Both the position numbers and the translations under genes were made by a program. Shown here piece by piece: positions 40,758-57,850 of a stretch of DNA of 64,000 nucleotides. This stretch comes from the human T2T-CHM13v2.0 reference genome, Homo sapiens. Numbering within the stretch: the first letter of the stretch is position 1; each line of letters begins with the position of its first letter. The notes beneath the pieces were generated by a model. That model worked only from the letters and a program-made list of their open reading frames with translations, was not told the origin of the DNA and did not search any database. The DNA is taken from assembly GCF_009914755.1 (NCBI RefSeq), contig NC_060936.1. One strand, given 5' to 3'.

Positions 40758-41579
40758 ATTGACAATGTCTAGAAAATATTTCACTATACTTTGGAAACAA
40801 TATAGAGAATTAAGAGGAATTCTAATATCAATTGCTCTGGTATACGTGTGTATGTGTGTGTGTGAGAGAGAGCGTTAACCTTGAAAAATATTACAACTAC
40901 CTCATATTTTAACTTTCCAAGATATAAGTCATAAAAAGGATACACATAAGAATACTTAAGGGTCATTTAATCCAAATTACAAGTTATAGTAGAAATATAT
41001 TCTACAGCATTCCTGGTATACAACTTTCAAAATTCAATTTTTAAACATCCATCTTCTTCATTAAGTTATTCATCCTCTTGTTACATAATCTTTGTTTTAA
41101 GAAAGTTATATCCTCCGTTGAAGTAAAGTAAGGTTATTTTCATCTACAAATGCTGGTTCCTTTTTGTGAACATTAAAATCAACACACTAAAAAATAGCTC
41201 TTCCCCATGACAGCTCTTCAAATACTTGAGACAGCTATCAAGTAACCGTTTAGTCATTCCTTTGTCAAACAATTTTCTCATGTTCAAACATTTCTTATAT
41301 AACATAATTTTCAGACATACAAAACAGGAAAAATGTTATTATTAGCAAGACTGATGTTTTTAACTGTAACTTCAATAGAAATTTGTCTAAAGATGACCTT
41401 ATATATCAGACACACAATAAAATGATTATATTTAAAAGTTAGACTTGTTGAACTATTCAATTCAATAAATATTGACTTCTGAAAAATACCAGGGAAGAGA
41501 AAATTGCTTAGGACAAAAAAAAATACACAGGTCTTACCACACAAGTTCTCATAATCTAATGCAGAAGGCAGATTATAAT

Positions 41580-42800
41580 GAATGCTAAAAACTATGATGA
41601 AGATAGGCTCAGGATGATTTAGAGACAAAATAAAAAATGCAAATGAGTCTGGGGAGAATAATGGAAAGGGATATATCAGCAGATGCTTGAGTCATTAATA
41701 TAGGATTTCTAGGTTAATAAGAAATGGGAGTTAAGGGTTGCTTAAGGAAATATAATGCCACATGCAAACGTATGGAAATACAAATGATAGAAAAAAAGTG
41801 TTGCAAGAAACTAGAAGTAGTTTGTGTTGCAAAACTAATTAGTTTTTTTCATATATAAACAGCAAGAAGTAATGCCTAAACAGAGGTCAAATAATGAAAT
41901 ACAGGTATGGCCTAATAGAAAACTTAAAATGTTACTAGTAAACCATGGATGGATATAAAAGTTTATGTAGCTGAAAAGAGAAACTATCATACTTGTGTTT
42001 TTTAAAATTTACTCTGAGAATATTTCATAGGATAGACAGATTAATTGGAAGAAATCCACCAAGAGTCATAGAACAAAAATCAAAAGCCTCTTGAGATAAT
42101 TCAGGATAAAAAGAATCATAACCAGGAGAGAAGTAATGAAAACAGAGAGGAATAGATCTATTCAAGAGATATCTATAAGTAAAATTGTAAAAAAAATCAA
42201 CAATTTGATTGCAAATGTGATGCAGAAGATCATTTCACATTTTCTCATTTGGTTGGTTGTGCTTTTCCTTGAAATGGGATATATTACAGGATGACCAAGT
42301 TTACAGGAAAAATGATGAAGTATAATTTAGGTATTAGTTTATACTGATGATAAAGCCAAGTGTAATTAAAGTCTGGTTATGTGGAGCTGGAGCTTGAGAG
42401 ACAGGTCTGGATTAAGAACAAATTTTGAGAATCAGTATGTAGGCAGGACTTGAAGCCATGAGAGAATATAAGCTTTTTTCAACCAATAGCTGATAGATGA
42501 AGAGGAGTCAAGACTAGAAACACTAGAAAACACAGTGTTTACTCTGATGATTTTTAAATCATCAAAGAAGTCCAGTGAAGAGAAGTAGTCATAGAGATAG
42601 GAGAGAAACTAGAAAATAGAAGGTATCCTACAATCCAAAGGAGAAGAGTGTTCCCCAAGAAGTATAGACACAGTGAATATTGAATCATCTCTACTGACTA
42701 GTGTAAATATTGAAAGATTGGTAATGATTGTAACAAAAACAATTTTAATGAAACAATGGATATTCAGCTTTCAGGCAATATTAAGAATTAAAGTAGTAAA
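41580..42800 (-). mobile_element. L2 remnant
   Basis: Purine-rich degenerate L2 antisense sequence ('ggagctggagcttgagagacaggtctggatt', 'gaagccatgagag'). Confidence 0.6.
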
Positions 42801-43052
42801 ATAAGTGTATAATTTTATTTTAAGCTATATGTTTTTAAAATTAAAAAAAAAAAAAAACACAAGTTGTAGGTTAGAGGTACCACCAGAGAAGAGTTCATTT
42901 TCTCCAAGGGTCCACAGAAGTATATACTGGGTAAATCTGTCATAGTCAATGGGTTGATAATCAGCCTCTTTTTAAATTGGGAAATAGATTTTAGATTGAG
43001 TAAGGCTAAATTCTGCTATTCAAACTCCTAATAGGTTGGTATATATATGAAT

Positions 43053-43099
<47 letters not shown>

Positions 43100-43116
43100 T
43101 ATACACACATATTTTA

Positions 43117-43171
<55 letters not shown>

Positions 43172-43611
43172 TGTATTAGGGTTCTCTAGAGGGATAGAAT
43201 AGGATAGATATATTTATATATAAAAGATAGTTTATTAAGTATTAACTCACATGGTCACAAGGTCCCACAATAGGCCGTCTGCAAGCCGAGGAGTAAGGAT
43301 AGCCAGTCCAAGTATCAAAACTGAAGAACTTGTAGTCCGATGTTCAAGAGCAGGAAGCATCCAGCATGGGAGAAAGATGTAGGCTGGGAGTCTAGGCCAG
43401 TCTCATCTTTTCACATTTTTCTGCCTGCTTTTTATATTCTAGCCTCACAGGCAGCTGATTAGATTGTGCCCACCCAGATCAAGTGTGGGTCTGCCTTTCC
43501 CAGCCCACTGACTCAAATGTTAATCTCCTTTGGCAACACTCTCACAGACATACCCGGGATCAATACTTTGTATCCTTCAATCGAATCAAGTTGATAGTAT
43601 TAACCATCACA
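43172..43611 (-). mobile_element. MLT2A (HERV-L) solo LTR
   Basis: 'tgtattagggttctctagaggga...gtattaaccatcaca' matches MLT2A1/2 termini. Near-TSD cacac/tacac. Confidence 0.92.
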
Positions 43612-44123
43612 TACACACATCAACTAATAGATTTATAATAAACAGTGTCACAAGTATGTCATATTTTCCTGATTCTTCCCCAATTCTGATTTAAGGATCT
43701 TCTTCTTGACCTATTTGTTCCCCTCAAAAACCCTATGCTTTTATCATGTATATGCACTTAGCACAGCTATCATTTTTTCACAATTTTATTTTATTATAGA
43801 ATATATCAGGCAAAGAAAAGAATAGAATACAAAAAGTAATATAGCACACACTTGAATGCATGACACTCAGGTTTATCAATTCTAATTTTTAAGCAATTTT
43901 GCCTAAGGAAGTGAAACATCCATGTCATTTGGACAGAATTTCCTAGTTTTAGTGGAGAAATTTACATAGTGAAAATCATGCCTCTGTTACTTCTCCCTGT
44001 TCTCTACTTTTTATTGCTATCCAGCCCTCTTGTTTGAATAATTCACTCCAAAGAAAGATAATATTACTCTGCTTTTGAAACAACCAATACAGGATATCTT
44101 TGCATATTTCTGCTATTACCCAG

Positions 44124-44574
44124 TGTTATTGGTTAAATTGTTCCCCCCAAAAAATATGTTGAAGTCCTAACCCCCAGTATGTAAGAATGTAATTTTATTT
44201 GAAATAGAATCATAGTTGATATAATTAGTTGATTTAAAACGAGGTCATACTGGAATAGTGAGGACCCTTAATCCCGTATGACCAGTGTGCCAATAAGAAA
44301 TGATGTGAAGACACAGGGAAAGCAGCCACATGAAACAGAGGCAGAGATTGGAGTGATGCATCTATAAACCAAGGAATGCCAAGGATTGCTCGTGCTACCA
44401 GAAGCTATCAAGAGGCAAGGAAATATTCTACCCTAGAGACTTCAAGAGAGCAGGGCCCTGCTGACACCTTCTTTCAGACTTCCAGATTCTGGAACTGTGA
44501 GACAATAAGTTTCTGTTATTTTTAAACCATCTAGTTTTGGGGCCTTTTTATGACAGCCCTAATAAATGAATACA
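44124..44574 (+). mobile_element. MLT1C-like solo LTR
   Basis: 'tgttattggttaaattg...gaggtcatactgga...gcagagattggagtgatgc...ggaactgtgagacaata...gaataca'. Confidence 0.88.
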
Positions 44575-44968
44575 TTCATTCATTAAATTATTTGCTTAGT
44601 TCTATCTGATTTCCAGACATAAAGCTAAGAGCTAGAAATAGGAAAACTAGACATAGTTTATATGATTATGGGGCTTACAATAAAGAAGATGCAAATACCT
44701 ATGATTACAAATTGTGATAAGTACTTTGAAGTGAAAACTTAGGTATAATAAGTGACAACAATAGGGGTTACCTTATTAAGATTGGGGTGATCAAACAACA
44801 TCATCCTGAAAAAATACAGTGAAGGTTGAGAATGATATCACCTGGGAAAGTGTGAGGGAGATAAATTCTGGCTGAGGAATTAGCAATAATTAGTTGAGCC
44901 AGCTGTAGCATACTAAGTAAATATTTGCTGTGAGGAGATCATGGCTCTATGAAGCCTCTATTGGTTCT

Positions 44969-45560
44969 TGTATTAGTTTCTTGTTTCTATTTAACAACTT
45001 ATCCTAAGTTTAGTAGCTTAAAAGAACTCACAATTTATCATCTTACTGTTATGGAGGTTTTGAATTCTAAATTCAAGGTATCAGCAAGGACTGTGTTCCT
45101 TCTGAAAGCTTGAGGGGAGAACCTATTTACTTGCCTTTTCCAGCTTCTAGAGGCCATACGCCTTCCATGGCTCATGGGCCTTTCTTCCATCTTCAAAGCT
45201 ACCAACATAGTATCTCAAATCAATTTTTTTCTTTCTCCTAATTCCCACGCCTCCCACGCCCCATTTTTCTCTCTTTCTCTCTCTCTCCCTCATTCTTTCT
45301 CTTCCTTCCCTCTCCCACCTATGCTTCTCATCACATCTCCTTTTCTGACTTTGATCCTCTTGCTTCCCTCTTGAAAGGACTCTTCTTATAGTGGGCCCAT
45401 CCAGATAATCTAGGATAATCTCCTCATTTTAAGATCCTTAACTAATCATACCTGCCAAGTCTGTTTTGCCATTGAAACTTACATATTCACAGATTCTTGG
45501 GATTATGTTGGGTTCAGGGCTGGGGCAGGAGGGTGAGGGAGCACTGGTATGTCTACCACA
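44969..45560 (-). mobile_element. MLT1C/D-like solo LTR
   Basis: tgtattagtt...ctaccaca termini. Near-TSD gttct/gttcc. Confidence 0.85.
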
Positions 45561-47560
45561 GTTCCTGACTGATTTCCAAATCTGCAGGATCATGAAGATC
45601 CCCCTCCCGGAACCCAAGCTCCCCTTTTCTAGTGTTTATATTGAGTATTGCGTATTTCTCTTGTTTGAAATAAAGGATCTTGAATAGCAGAGAGTGGAAG
45701 CCAAAGAAAAGTTGAGTAATCAATACAGAAAGTGAAAGAACAAGCTTAATAAATAAATAAAAAGTTTATCAGCTAATGTGCATTACTTGATTGAAGATTT
45801 GAAGTTGAAGACAATCAATGTAGAGTAACACCAAACTGACTGGGTGGTTTCATATTCTTGGGAATATTTTAATGCATTGGTATAGATGTAAAATAAGAGA
45901 TAGCTATGCTTATTCAGGTTAAAATTCTGATATCCCAGTGAAATGAATAGTTGAACTCTCAGAAGAAAACTCTATTTCCAAATGTAACAGGATGTCAAGT
46001 GCAATTTTTACTGATATTCCAGAATTTTCAACTAGAGTCCATAGCTAGGAACCAAGAGATGCTTATTAACCCAGAGTTGAAAGAAAGTTACAGATACTTG
46101 CACTTTCATTGGTTGGATAAGCTAGATATTCTTAGGTGATCTGACCACCTCAAATTAATGGATACTGAATATAACAATTATTTCAGTGCATTAATGGATA
46201 TATATATAAATAATTATATTTATAAATATGTTGAAAAGTCGAAATGATTGTTCTTTTAAAAACTGGAAAATTAAATTGAAAGATGTCATTGGCAATACCA
46301 TAAAAATAAAATATCTATTATGGGAAAAAAGAATGAGGATAAAAATGACATAACTTTATTTGTATCTGATTATAATTCTCATATTGCTTTCTGTCACACT
46401 GGACTAGTGGGCCATGACCTTGGGTACATATTGGAAAGACAATCCACTTTAATCCATGGAAAATTCAGGCTCTCTGGTTACACCAATGACTGGTTTTTGG
46501 CCCCTTCTTCTCTTTGTTCTGCCATATATCTTGCAGTCTCATCTATATTTAGCTAGTCAGCTAGATGATAAAAAAAGCCCACAAACACTGACCCTCTCCA
46601 CAGGACATTACAACTCATTTTGCTCACTGTCTCCAGTGATGTTTAGTTAGTTTTAAATGAAAATAGGTCACGTTGTGACAGCTCTCTCTTACTCAATTTA
46701 AACATTATATTTGATAATATAAAAAATACATGGAATTCTGCTTCTTGGCAGAATACAGTAGTATATGGTGAATTAATGCCTCCACTGCATCAGCTAGACA
46801 ATAAATGGGTAAATATTAAATATTATATTTTGAAATCATATTAGCAACCTGTGGAATTGAAGTACTAAGGGAACTAAAAATTCAGAAATGTTAAAACTTT
46901 TCATTGTTTTTCAGATATGAGTGGACAAATACAGGAGTATTTATTAAAAACCAGGCAAGGTCATACTTGAGTCCTGGGTCATATGTTTATAGTTTAGTTT
47001 ATAGTTGATAAACTAGGTATATCTTGGTGTGTAAAACACAGGGAGGAATAGGATATTGTGATTAACAATAGGCAAGAGTTTGAGATGGTTCCTCAAGATA
47101 ATAGAGACAGGTAAATATCATCTATCCAACTGAAATGGATAAAGAATTATAATAATAAACTGCAAATGGAGTCACTTTTAAAAATCAAATCCCAGTTAGA
47201 CACATAAATAATATGTAATTATAGACACAGAAATAATATGTAATGAGTGTGAATTTACAAAACATAAATTTGTATCTCAAATTTGCTTTTTTATAAGAAC
47301 TTGAGAAAGTCACTTAATTTTTACAAGTTTCTTAACTCTAAACATAACTCTAATTCTGATTTGTTAGGTTTATATTTTATTTATGAAAGAGATCTAACAA
47401 TAGTTGTCCTATGTTATAGAAGTGTTTCTGAAGATTAAGATTATATTTGTAAAAGTGTCTGGTTGCTTATCTTGTAAAGCATAATTCACATGTATTCATA
47501 TATGAGAAAAAATCAGATAAAAATATATGTAAAACATTATAGAAAAATTTAATATTTGAG

Positions 47561-47680
47561 TTTTGTTTGTTTTTTTTTTTTTTAGACGAGTCTCGCTCTG
47601 TCACACAGGCCGGAGTGCAGTGGCGCGATCTTGGCTCACTACAAGCTCCACCTCCTGGGTTCTAGCAATTCTCTGCTTAG
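47561..47680 (-). mobile_element. Heavily 5'-truncated Alu (distal right arm only)
   Basis: Poly-T followed by 'agacgagtctcgctctgtc...ggagtgcagtggcgcgatc'. Confidence 0.9.
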
Positions 47681-50246
47681 TAATAAATGATTAAGATAAA
47701 AAAAATCATTATTTATTTATCCCTTATTAATTGCATTATTATAAATACTTTACATGCTTTACCTCACTTTAGCTATGCAGCAAATTCATGAGGTATTTTT
47801 ATTATGATTTCCATATTACATATAAGGTTTAAAGAGCGGTACAAAGAACTTAATAAGATTAAATAAATAGAAAGTGACAGAGCTGAAATTGGGACTCAGG
47901 TATTTTAAAACCAGAACCCCACTGTTTTAGCAATAAAAATGGAGATCAAATAGTTACAAATTTAGGAGGCATTTTTAATTGTAGAAATATATTAGGCTTC
48001 ATCCCAAAATAGAAAAAATAAACCTATTATATATATCTTAACATAGAATAATTTGTGTTTATGAAATATCATATAAGTATTTTCAGATGAACCCATTATG
48101 TATAAAACAGATTTGTGTGAAAAATCAGATTAACATTTTATGAAGATTTGCTAATATTTAATAGACGCATGATGCATCTAACATATTACAAGCACAGAGT
48201 GATCAATTGAAAAATTTTCTGGATAACTCTGACAAAAAAGTAAATAAATTAATAAAATAGTCCCACCATATGTTTCTGCTTTTGCTTCAGTGCTCTAGAT
48301 AATTAACAAGACACATTTATGTAACTTTGAAATTATTAATTTTTTTGCAAATTTGCATGCACTTTAAATAGGCATGTGAATCTCTCATCAAAATACTCTT
48401 TGACACACTATATATGAGCATAAATGTCATAAGTGAACTAATAAAGACAGCCATTAGATTTTTTCTCTGTGATGTGCCTAATAAATTAATGCTGTACTTT
48501 TCAAAGCGTGTAGCCATGACTTGTCATTCTACAAATGATCCGGTCTTGGGAGAATTTTCCTGCTTGCTATGTTTGAATTAGCTGAGGCTTAAGCCTTCAT
48601 AAAGCTGCACCTTGGCACTTAACTGACTGGACACTTTTCCAGGTTGAGGGGTGACTGATTGATCAGAATAGTAAATGTCTTTTCTGGGCAGTAGATTTCC
48701 TAGGAGAACCAAAACAATCCTCTGGTCAGCAGCCAACTTAACCAGATCAGATTGGCCACTCAGCCGTTTCATCCATGGTTCTGTTGTAAACTTTTCAACT
48801 GTGTTATAAAACTAAATTGCCTTTCATTGAGGTTGATTTGGTGCACATCACTTTCATAACCAAGGTGAAATTTTTAAAAATAAAATTCAAATTAAGTCTA
48901 AAAAATAACATTAAAAAATACACATGTAATTGATTTTTAAAGTGTTTTCCTTGAGGCTTGAATTATAACATAATTGTTTCTATCCTTTTGTAGAAAGAAA
49001 CTTAAATATCATTAACATATCAGAAGAACGGAGGCTGGAACATCCACAACAAAATCTTTTGTAATTGTCCTCGTAACAATTTTTTTTCTCTCTGGATAGG
49101 ATTGCCACTGTGGTAATCACTCAGAAATCTGTGTTAGTAATTAGAATGGGTTACAGAGGCAGAGAACACTCTCCTCTGCAGGAAGATGAACCACAGACTT
49201 TCAAAAAGGGTATGTTGTTAAAGGAAGTTTAGTGAATAAGTTTATTGTCAAATGTCATTCTTTTTATGTTCATGTAGTCACTGGCCCATTTACACTTTGC
49301 ATTCATTATTCAGTAGCTAAATTGTGAAATATTGCAAGAAATAATTTACCAAGAAAGCTATGTACTCTTAGGTATTCTTATTTTTTATATATTACATAAT
49401 CAAATTCAATAACATGGGAATGTATAACCTAATTAAATTTGACAGTACATACTAAAATTAATGTACAATTTTACTGGCTTTGAAATGTGTCAACCTTATG
49501 TATTGAGGTTTGTTTTTACATTTTCATTACAGAATCAAAGTAATATGTTTTAAATATTAAGGTAATATTTGTCAAAATACGGTAATTTGAAAGCTGAATC
49601 AATATATGTAAAGTCAAGAGGGAAGTCATATTTTTAGCTAGATACTACAAATTGTTAGTATAACAAAAATGCAGCCATCTTTGATTTTTTGTTTATTCTC
49701 AACAATTCGTGGGAACATTACGCAGTAATGATTTGTAGACAACCAATGTTAAGGAGATTGATTTTAGGTTGATTGATATTTCTAAGTAAGAAGTAAGAGG
49801 TTTTGACTTAAAGTTAATTTTTGAAAGTAATTATTAAAATTTTATCTGCAACCAAAATTTAACCAAAACTCAAAAATCAGTTTTCAGTCTTTGAATTTAC
49901 TGTTGAATTTCACTGATGAATAGGCAAATGCAATTAACTGGATTTGAAACATAGAAAAATGGTATTACCAAATATAAAATTTGTTTATATATTAAACTTT
50001 AAAAATTAATATTCTTTTCTTTTTTTTTAATTTTATCATTATTATACTTTAAGTTTTAGGGAACATGTGCTCAACGTGCAGGTTTGTTACATATGTATAC
50101 ATGTGTCATGTTGGTGTGCTGCACCCATTAACTCGTCATTTAGCATTAGGTATATCTCCTAATGCTATTCCTCCCCCCCTCCACCCACCCCACAACAGTC
50201 CCCGGTGTGTGATGTTCCCCTTCCTGTGTCCATGTGTTCTCATTCT

Positions 50247-54070
<3,824 letters not shown>

Positions 54071-54133
54071 TATGATGTTAGCTGGTTATTTTGCTCGTTA
54101 GTTGATGCAGTTTCTTCCTAGCCTTGATGGTCT

Positions 54134-54858
54134 TTACAATTTGGCATGTTTTTGCAGTGGCTGGTACTGGTTGTTCCTTTCCATGTTTAGTGCTTCCTTC
54201 AGGAGCTCTTGTAGGGCAGGCCTGGTGGTGACAAAATCTCTCAGCATTTGCTTGTCTGTAAAGGATTTTATTTCTCCTTCACTTATGAAGCTTAGTTTGG
54301 CTGGATATGAAATTCTGGGTTGAAAATTCTTTTCTTTAAGAATGTTGAATATTGGCCCCCACTCTCTTCTGGCTTGTAGAGTTTCTGCCGAGAGATCAGC
54401 TGTTAGTCTGATGGGCTTCCCTTTGTGGGTAACCCGACCTTTTTCTCTGGCTACCCTTAACATTTTTCCTTCATTTCAACTTTGGTGAATCTGACAATTA
54501 TGTGTCTTGGAGTTGTTCTTCTCGAGGAGTATCTTTGTGGCATTCATCACATAGTTCTCGTGCTGTGGTTTTCAGCTCCATCAGGTCCTTTAAGGACTTC
54601 TATGCATTGGTTATTCTAGTTATCCATTCATCTAATTTTTTTTCAAAGCTTTTAACTTTTTTGCCATTGGTTCAAATTTCCTCCTGTAGCTCGAATTTCC
54701 TACTGTAGTTGGATCGTCTGAAGCCTTCTTCTCTCAACTCGTCAGTCATTCTCCATCCAGCTTTGTTCCGTTGCTGGTGAGGAGCTGCATTCCTTTGGAG
54801 GAGGAGAGGCACTCTGATTTTTAGAGTTTCCAGTTTTTCTGCTCTGTTTTTTCCCCAT
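54134..54858 (-). pseudogene. Disrupted L1 ORF1 with internal deletion
   Basis: ATG at 54858 (atggggaaaaaacagagc). The C-terminus is in ORF 54134..54463 (ARREWGPIFNILKEKNFQPRISYPAKLSF). Confidence 0.93.
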
Positions 54859-55600
54859 CTTTGTGGTTTTATCTACCTTTGGTCTTTGATGATAGTGATG
54901 TACAGATGGGTTTTTGGTGTGGATATCCTTTCTCTTTGTTAGTTTTCCTTCTAACAGACAGGACCCTCAGCTGCAGGTCTGTTGGAGTTTGCTAGATGTC
55001 CACTCCAGACCCTGTTTTCCTGGGTATCAGCAGCAGCAGCTGCAGAACAGCGGATATTGGTGAACCACAAATGCTGCTGGCCGATCGTTCCTCTGGAAGT
55101 TTTGTCTCAGAGGAGTACCCGGCTGTGTGAGGTGTCAGTCCGCCCCTACTGAGGGGTGCTCCCAGTTAGGCTACTCGGGGGTCAGGGACCCACTTGAGGA
55201 GACAGTCTGCCCACTCTCAGATATCAAGCTGCATGCTGGGAGAACCGCTACTCTCTTCAAAGCTGTCAGAGAGGGACATTTAAGTCTGCAGACGTTACTG
55301 CTGTCTTTTTGTTTGTCTGCGCCCTGCCCCCAGAGGTGGAGCCTACAGAGATCACCCATCTTCTGCGTTGCTCACGCTGGGAGCTGTAGTCCCGAGCTGT
55401 TCCTATTCAGCCATATTGGCTTCTCCAAAATTAATATTTTTTATATATTAGGAATAGCAAAACTTTGCACAATGTGTAAGTTATATGAGTTAAATTCCCA
55501 ACTGCCTTGTCTTGTTGTTTCAAGTAATATAATATCCTGAACACCTCTATTTCAGTAACTATATTTTCTTATAAATGGCAAACCTTTTGAGGGTAGGAGC

Positions 55601-56232
55601 TGTATCAGTTATTAAGCTATTGTCTGTCAACTCCAGATCTACTTTTCTATACCTTAGTGATGCTATGACCGGTACACTGCAAATTACATTTCTCCTGTCT
55701 CAGCTACCTTCTAGATAGATTCTGCCAGCAAGTAACACTATAGGAAGTTTGGAAGGTAGATGAAGGAAGAAGGAAACAGTTACCTCCCATTTTGGTGGCT
55801 AGCTGTCCTAGGAAATGGCCTTTCACTCTTGGTCCACTCTCCAGCTTATTTTGGCACTATCAGAGCTAGCTTCATAGCATTTCTCAGAGGTATCAGCAGC
55901 TGCTAAGCAGGCTCCTCTTCTCAGAAGTGTGAGCTCCAGCTCTGTGGGGTCACTCCTTCATGGTACCAGCAGAAACTGGACGACATGCCCTCCTTAAAAG
56001 CCTGAGTGGCAGCTTCACAAGAAGCATCATCTGCAAAGCACCCACCTTTCCCTTTTGATTCTTCAGCCCTAGAAGTTGTAGCTCCTTCTCATAGTTATTA
56101 TTTCTTTGTTACTTCAAATTTCCATTTTGCCTTCTCAGTCTTGCAACACGAATGCCGCAGCTCCCTAAAGTAAATTATCTGTATTGAAAAACATCATGGA
56201 GTTTCTATTTTGCTACTAGACTGATTGATGCA
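55601..56232 (+). mobile_element. LTR41-like ERVL solo LTR
   Basis: Starts 'tgtatcagttattaa...ctgcaaattacatttctcc' and ends 'gtttctattttgctactagactgattgatgca'. Confidence 0.65.
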
Positions 56233-56749
56233 TAGCACATATTTATTCTTATTTATATTGCTTAGGTATCCTTTCTATCCACCTTAGATAAGGCTTTATA
56301 TAAAAGCCTTTAGGTACATAGAAAGGACACTTAAGCAAAATCTAATTCTCATCAGGTTCATGTTTTTAAAAACAATTAAATGTTCAAAGAATCAGAACCT
56401 ATTACTGAGATGAAAACACTGAAGTTTTTTTTTTGCCTCAATATAAACTAGACTTCATTTAAGCAAGTATTCTTAACAGTAAGCTCTCTAGGATCCTGAA
56501 CTTCCTCTGCCTAATTCTGCCTCTAACCCAGTGTATGAGTCCCGTAGTCCTGTTTCTTCCCCTTCTAACTGTGAATTCAACTGATAGAAACTTTCTGACC
56601 TGATCTGTTTCTGGTTCTAACTACCACAGCAGCTTGACAAGTTGTCCAGTATGAGTGAAAAATACATTTCTACTGTTCGGACTTGCTCATTAAATCCCAC
56701 TGCTGCAATTCCCAAAATATGAGAGAAATATAACATGACAAAAATTAAA

Positions 56750-57850
56750 AGAGAATCAGAACAATTCCTGGAATGTGTATCTTTAAAGTTTAGCAGAATC
56801 TGTTTCCAGTGTCCCTCATTTGTAGGGAAAATTCCTTATCTGTTTGATATTGTTTTGATTCAAAATTTATTTTTAGCCTAAGATTTCAAGTAGAATTTTC
56901 TTGAAGAACATTTTGAGAGTTATATAGTCTGCCTCAAGTATAACGTTTTGTTGCCTTCACATACCTATGTCAAGTAGTATGAATACAAAATTCTAAATGT
57001 CACTTTTTTTTCCTTTGTTGCTCTATAAGAATGATTTTATTATACCATTCAGGTATATGTAGAGAAAGTTGAAGAGCAATCCAAATTCTTTTCTTTTTTG
57101 TATAACATCCCTTTTAATTCCATAGATTATTGTGGAATTCCTTTTTCTATACCTGCAGAATTTGAAAATCCTTGCTGAAACATTTATTTTCATATGGATT
57201 TATTTAGTATAGGTTTTTAGAAACATGATTCAGGTTCTATATTTTCATATGATGCTTTTTATTTTTTGTTTTTGTTGCTGTTTTATATCAGTAATGGTTT
57301 CTACTGTTATTTCTTAATTATCATTTCTTCTTCATTTATTCCTAGTCTGTTCTTCATGTCAGTCATCTTTTCTTTCACTGTAAACATTACTTTATTCTTT
57401 TATCTAAATTTGTAGACAATTTTTCCATATATCTCTTACTACTGCAATATGATTTTCTGTGCCATTTAAACTTCTACCTCATGCTGACATTGTGATTTTA
57501 ATCGGTACCTTATTCTTTGTTTTATTTGAAATTTTTTTCTGATTTCAAAATATTTAATATTTTGTATGTGCACTTTAATCTCATTTAAGCAATATCTTTA
57601 GTTTTGTTCAGAACACAAATCTAAAACTTTTTTTTTTTTTTTAGGAATTTAGATCAAATGAATATTTTTTCAATTCCCTAAAGTTGTTCCCATGTTCTGG
57701 GTATTATGGTATTTTCTAAGACATTATAATTTTTCCCGCTGTTTGTACATTTCTAAACAGAGATGTATTGACTCAACCTATATATCCTATATGTCCTTGA
57801 TCCAAGTTGTTGTGGAGCTGGTTTCTGTAAGACCTTGTTGTAGATTCCTT
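56750..57850 (-). mobile_element. Ancient L1M/HAL1-like remnant
   Basis: T-rich degenerate L1 antisense sequence. Confidence 0.45.

Noticed and set aside
55340-55360. 5'UTR deletion as a spliced L1 (SpIRE) using the nt-97 donor
   Set aside because: The junction keeps the donor's GTGAT and joins upstream of the nearest AG, so it is not a clean GT-AG excision. Microhomology explains it better.
55720-55742. CTCF site typical of LTR41
   Set aside because: The motif is degraded here (gccagcaagtaacact), lacking the G-rich core.
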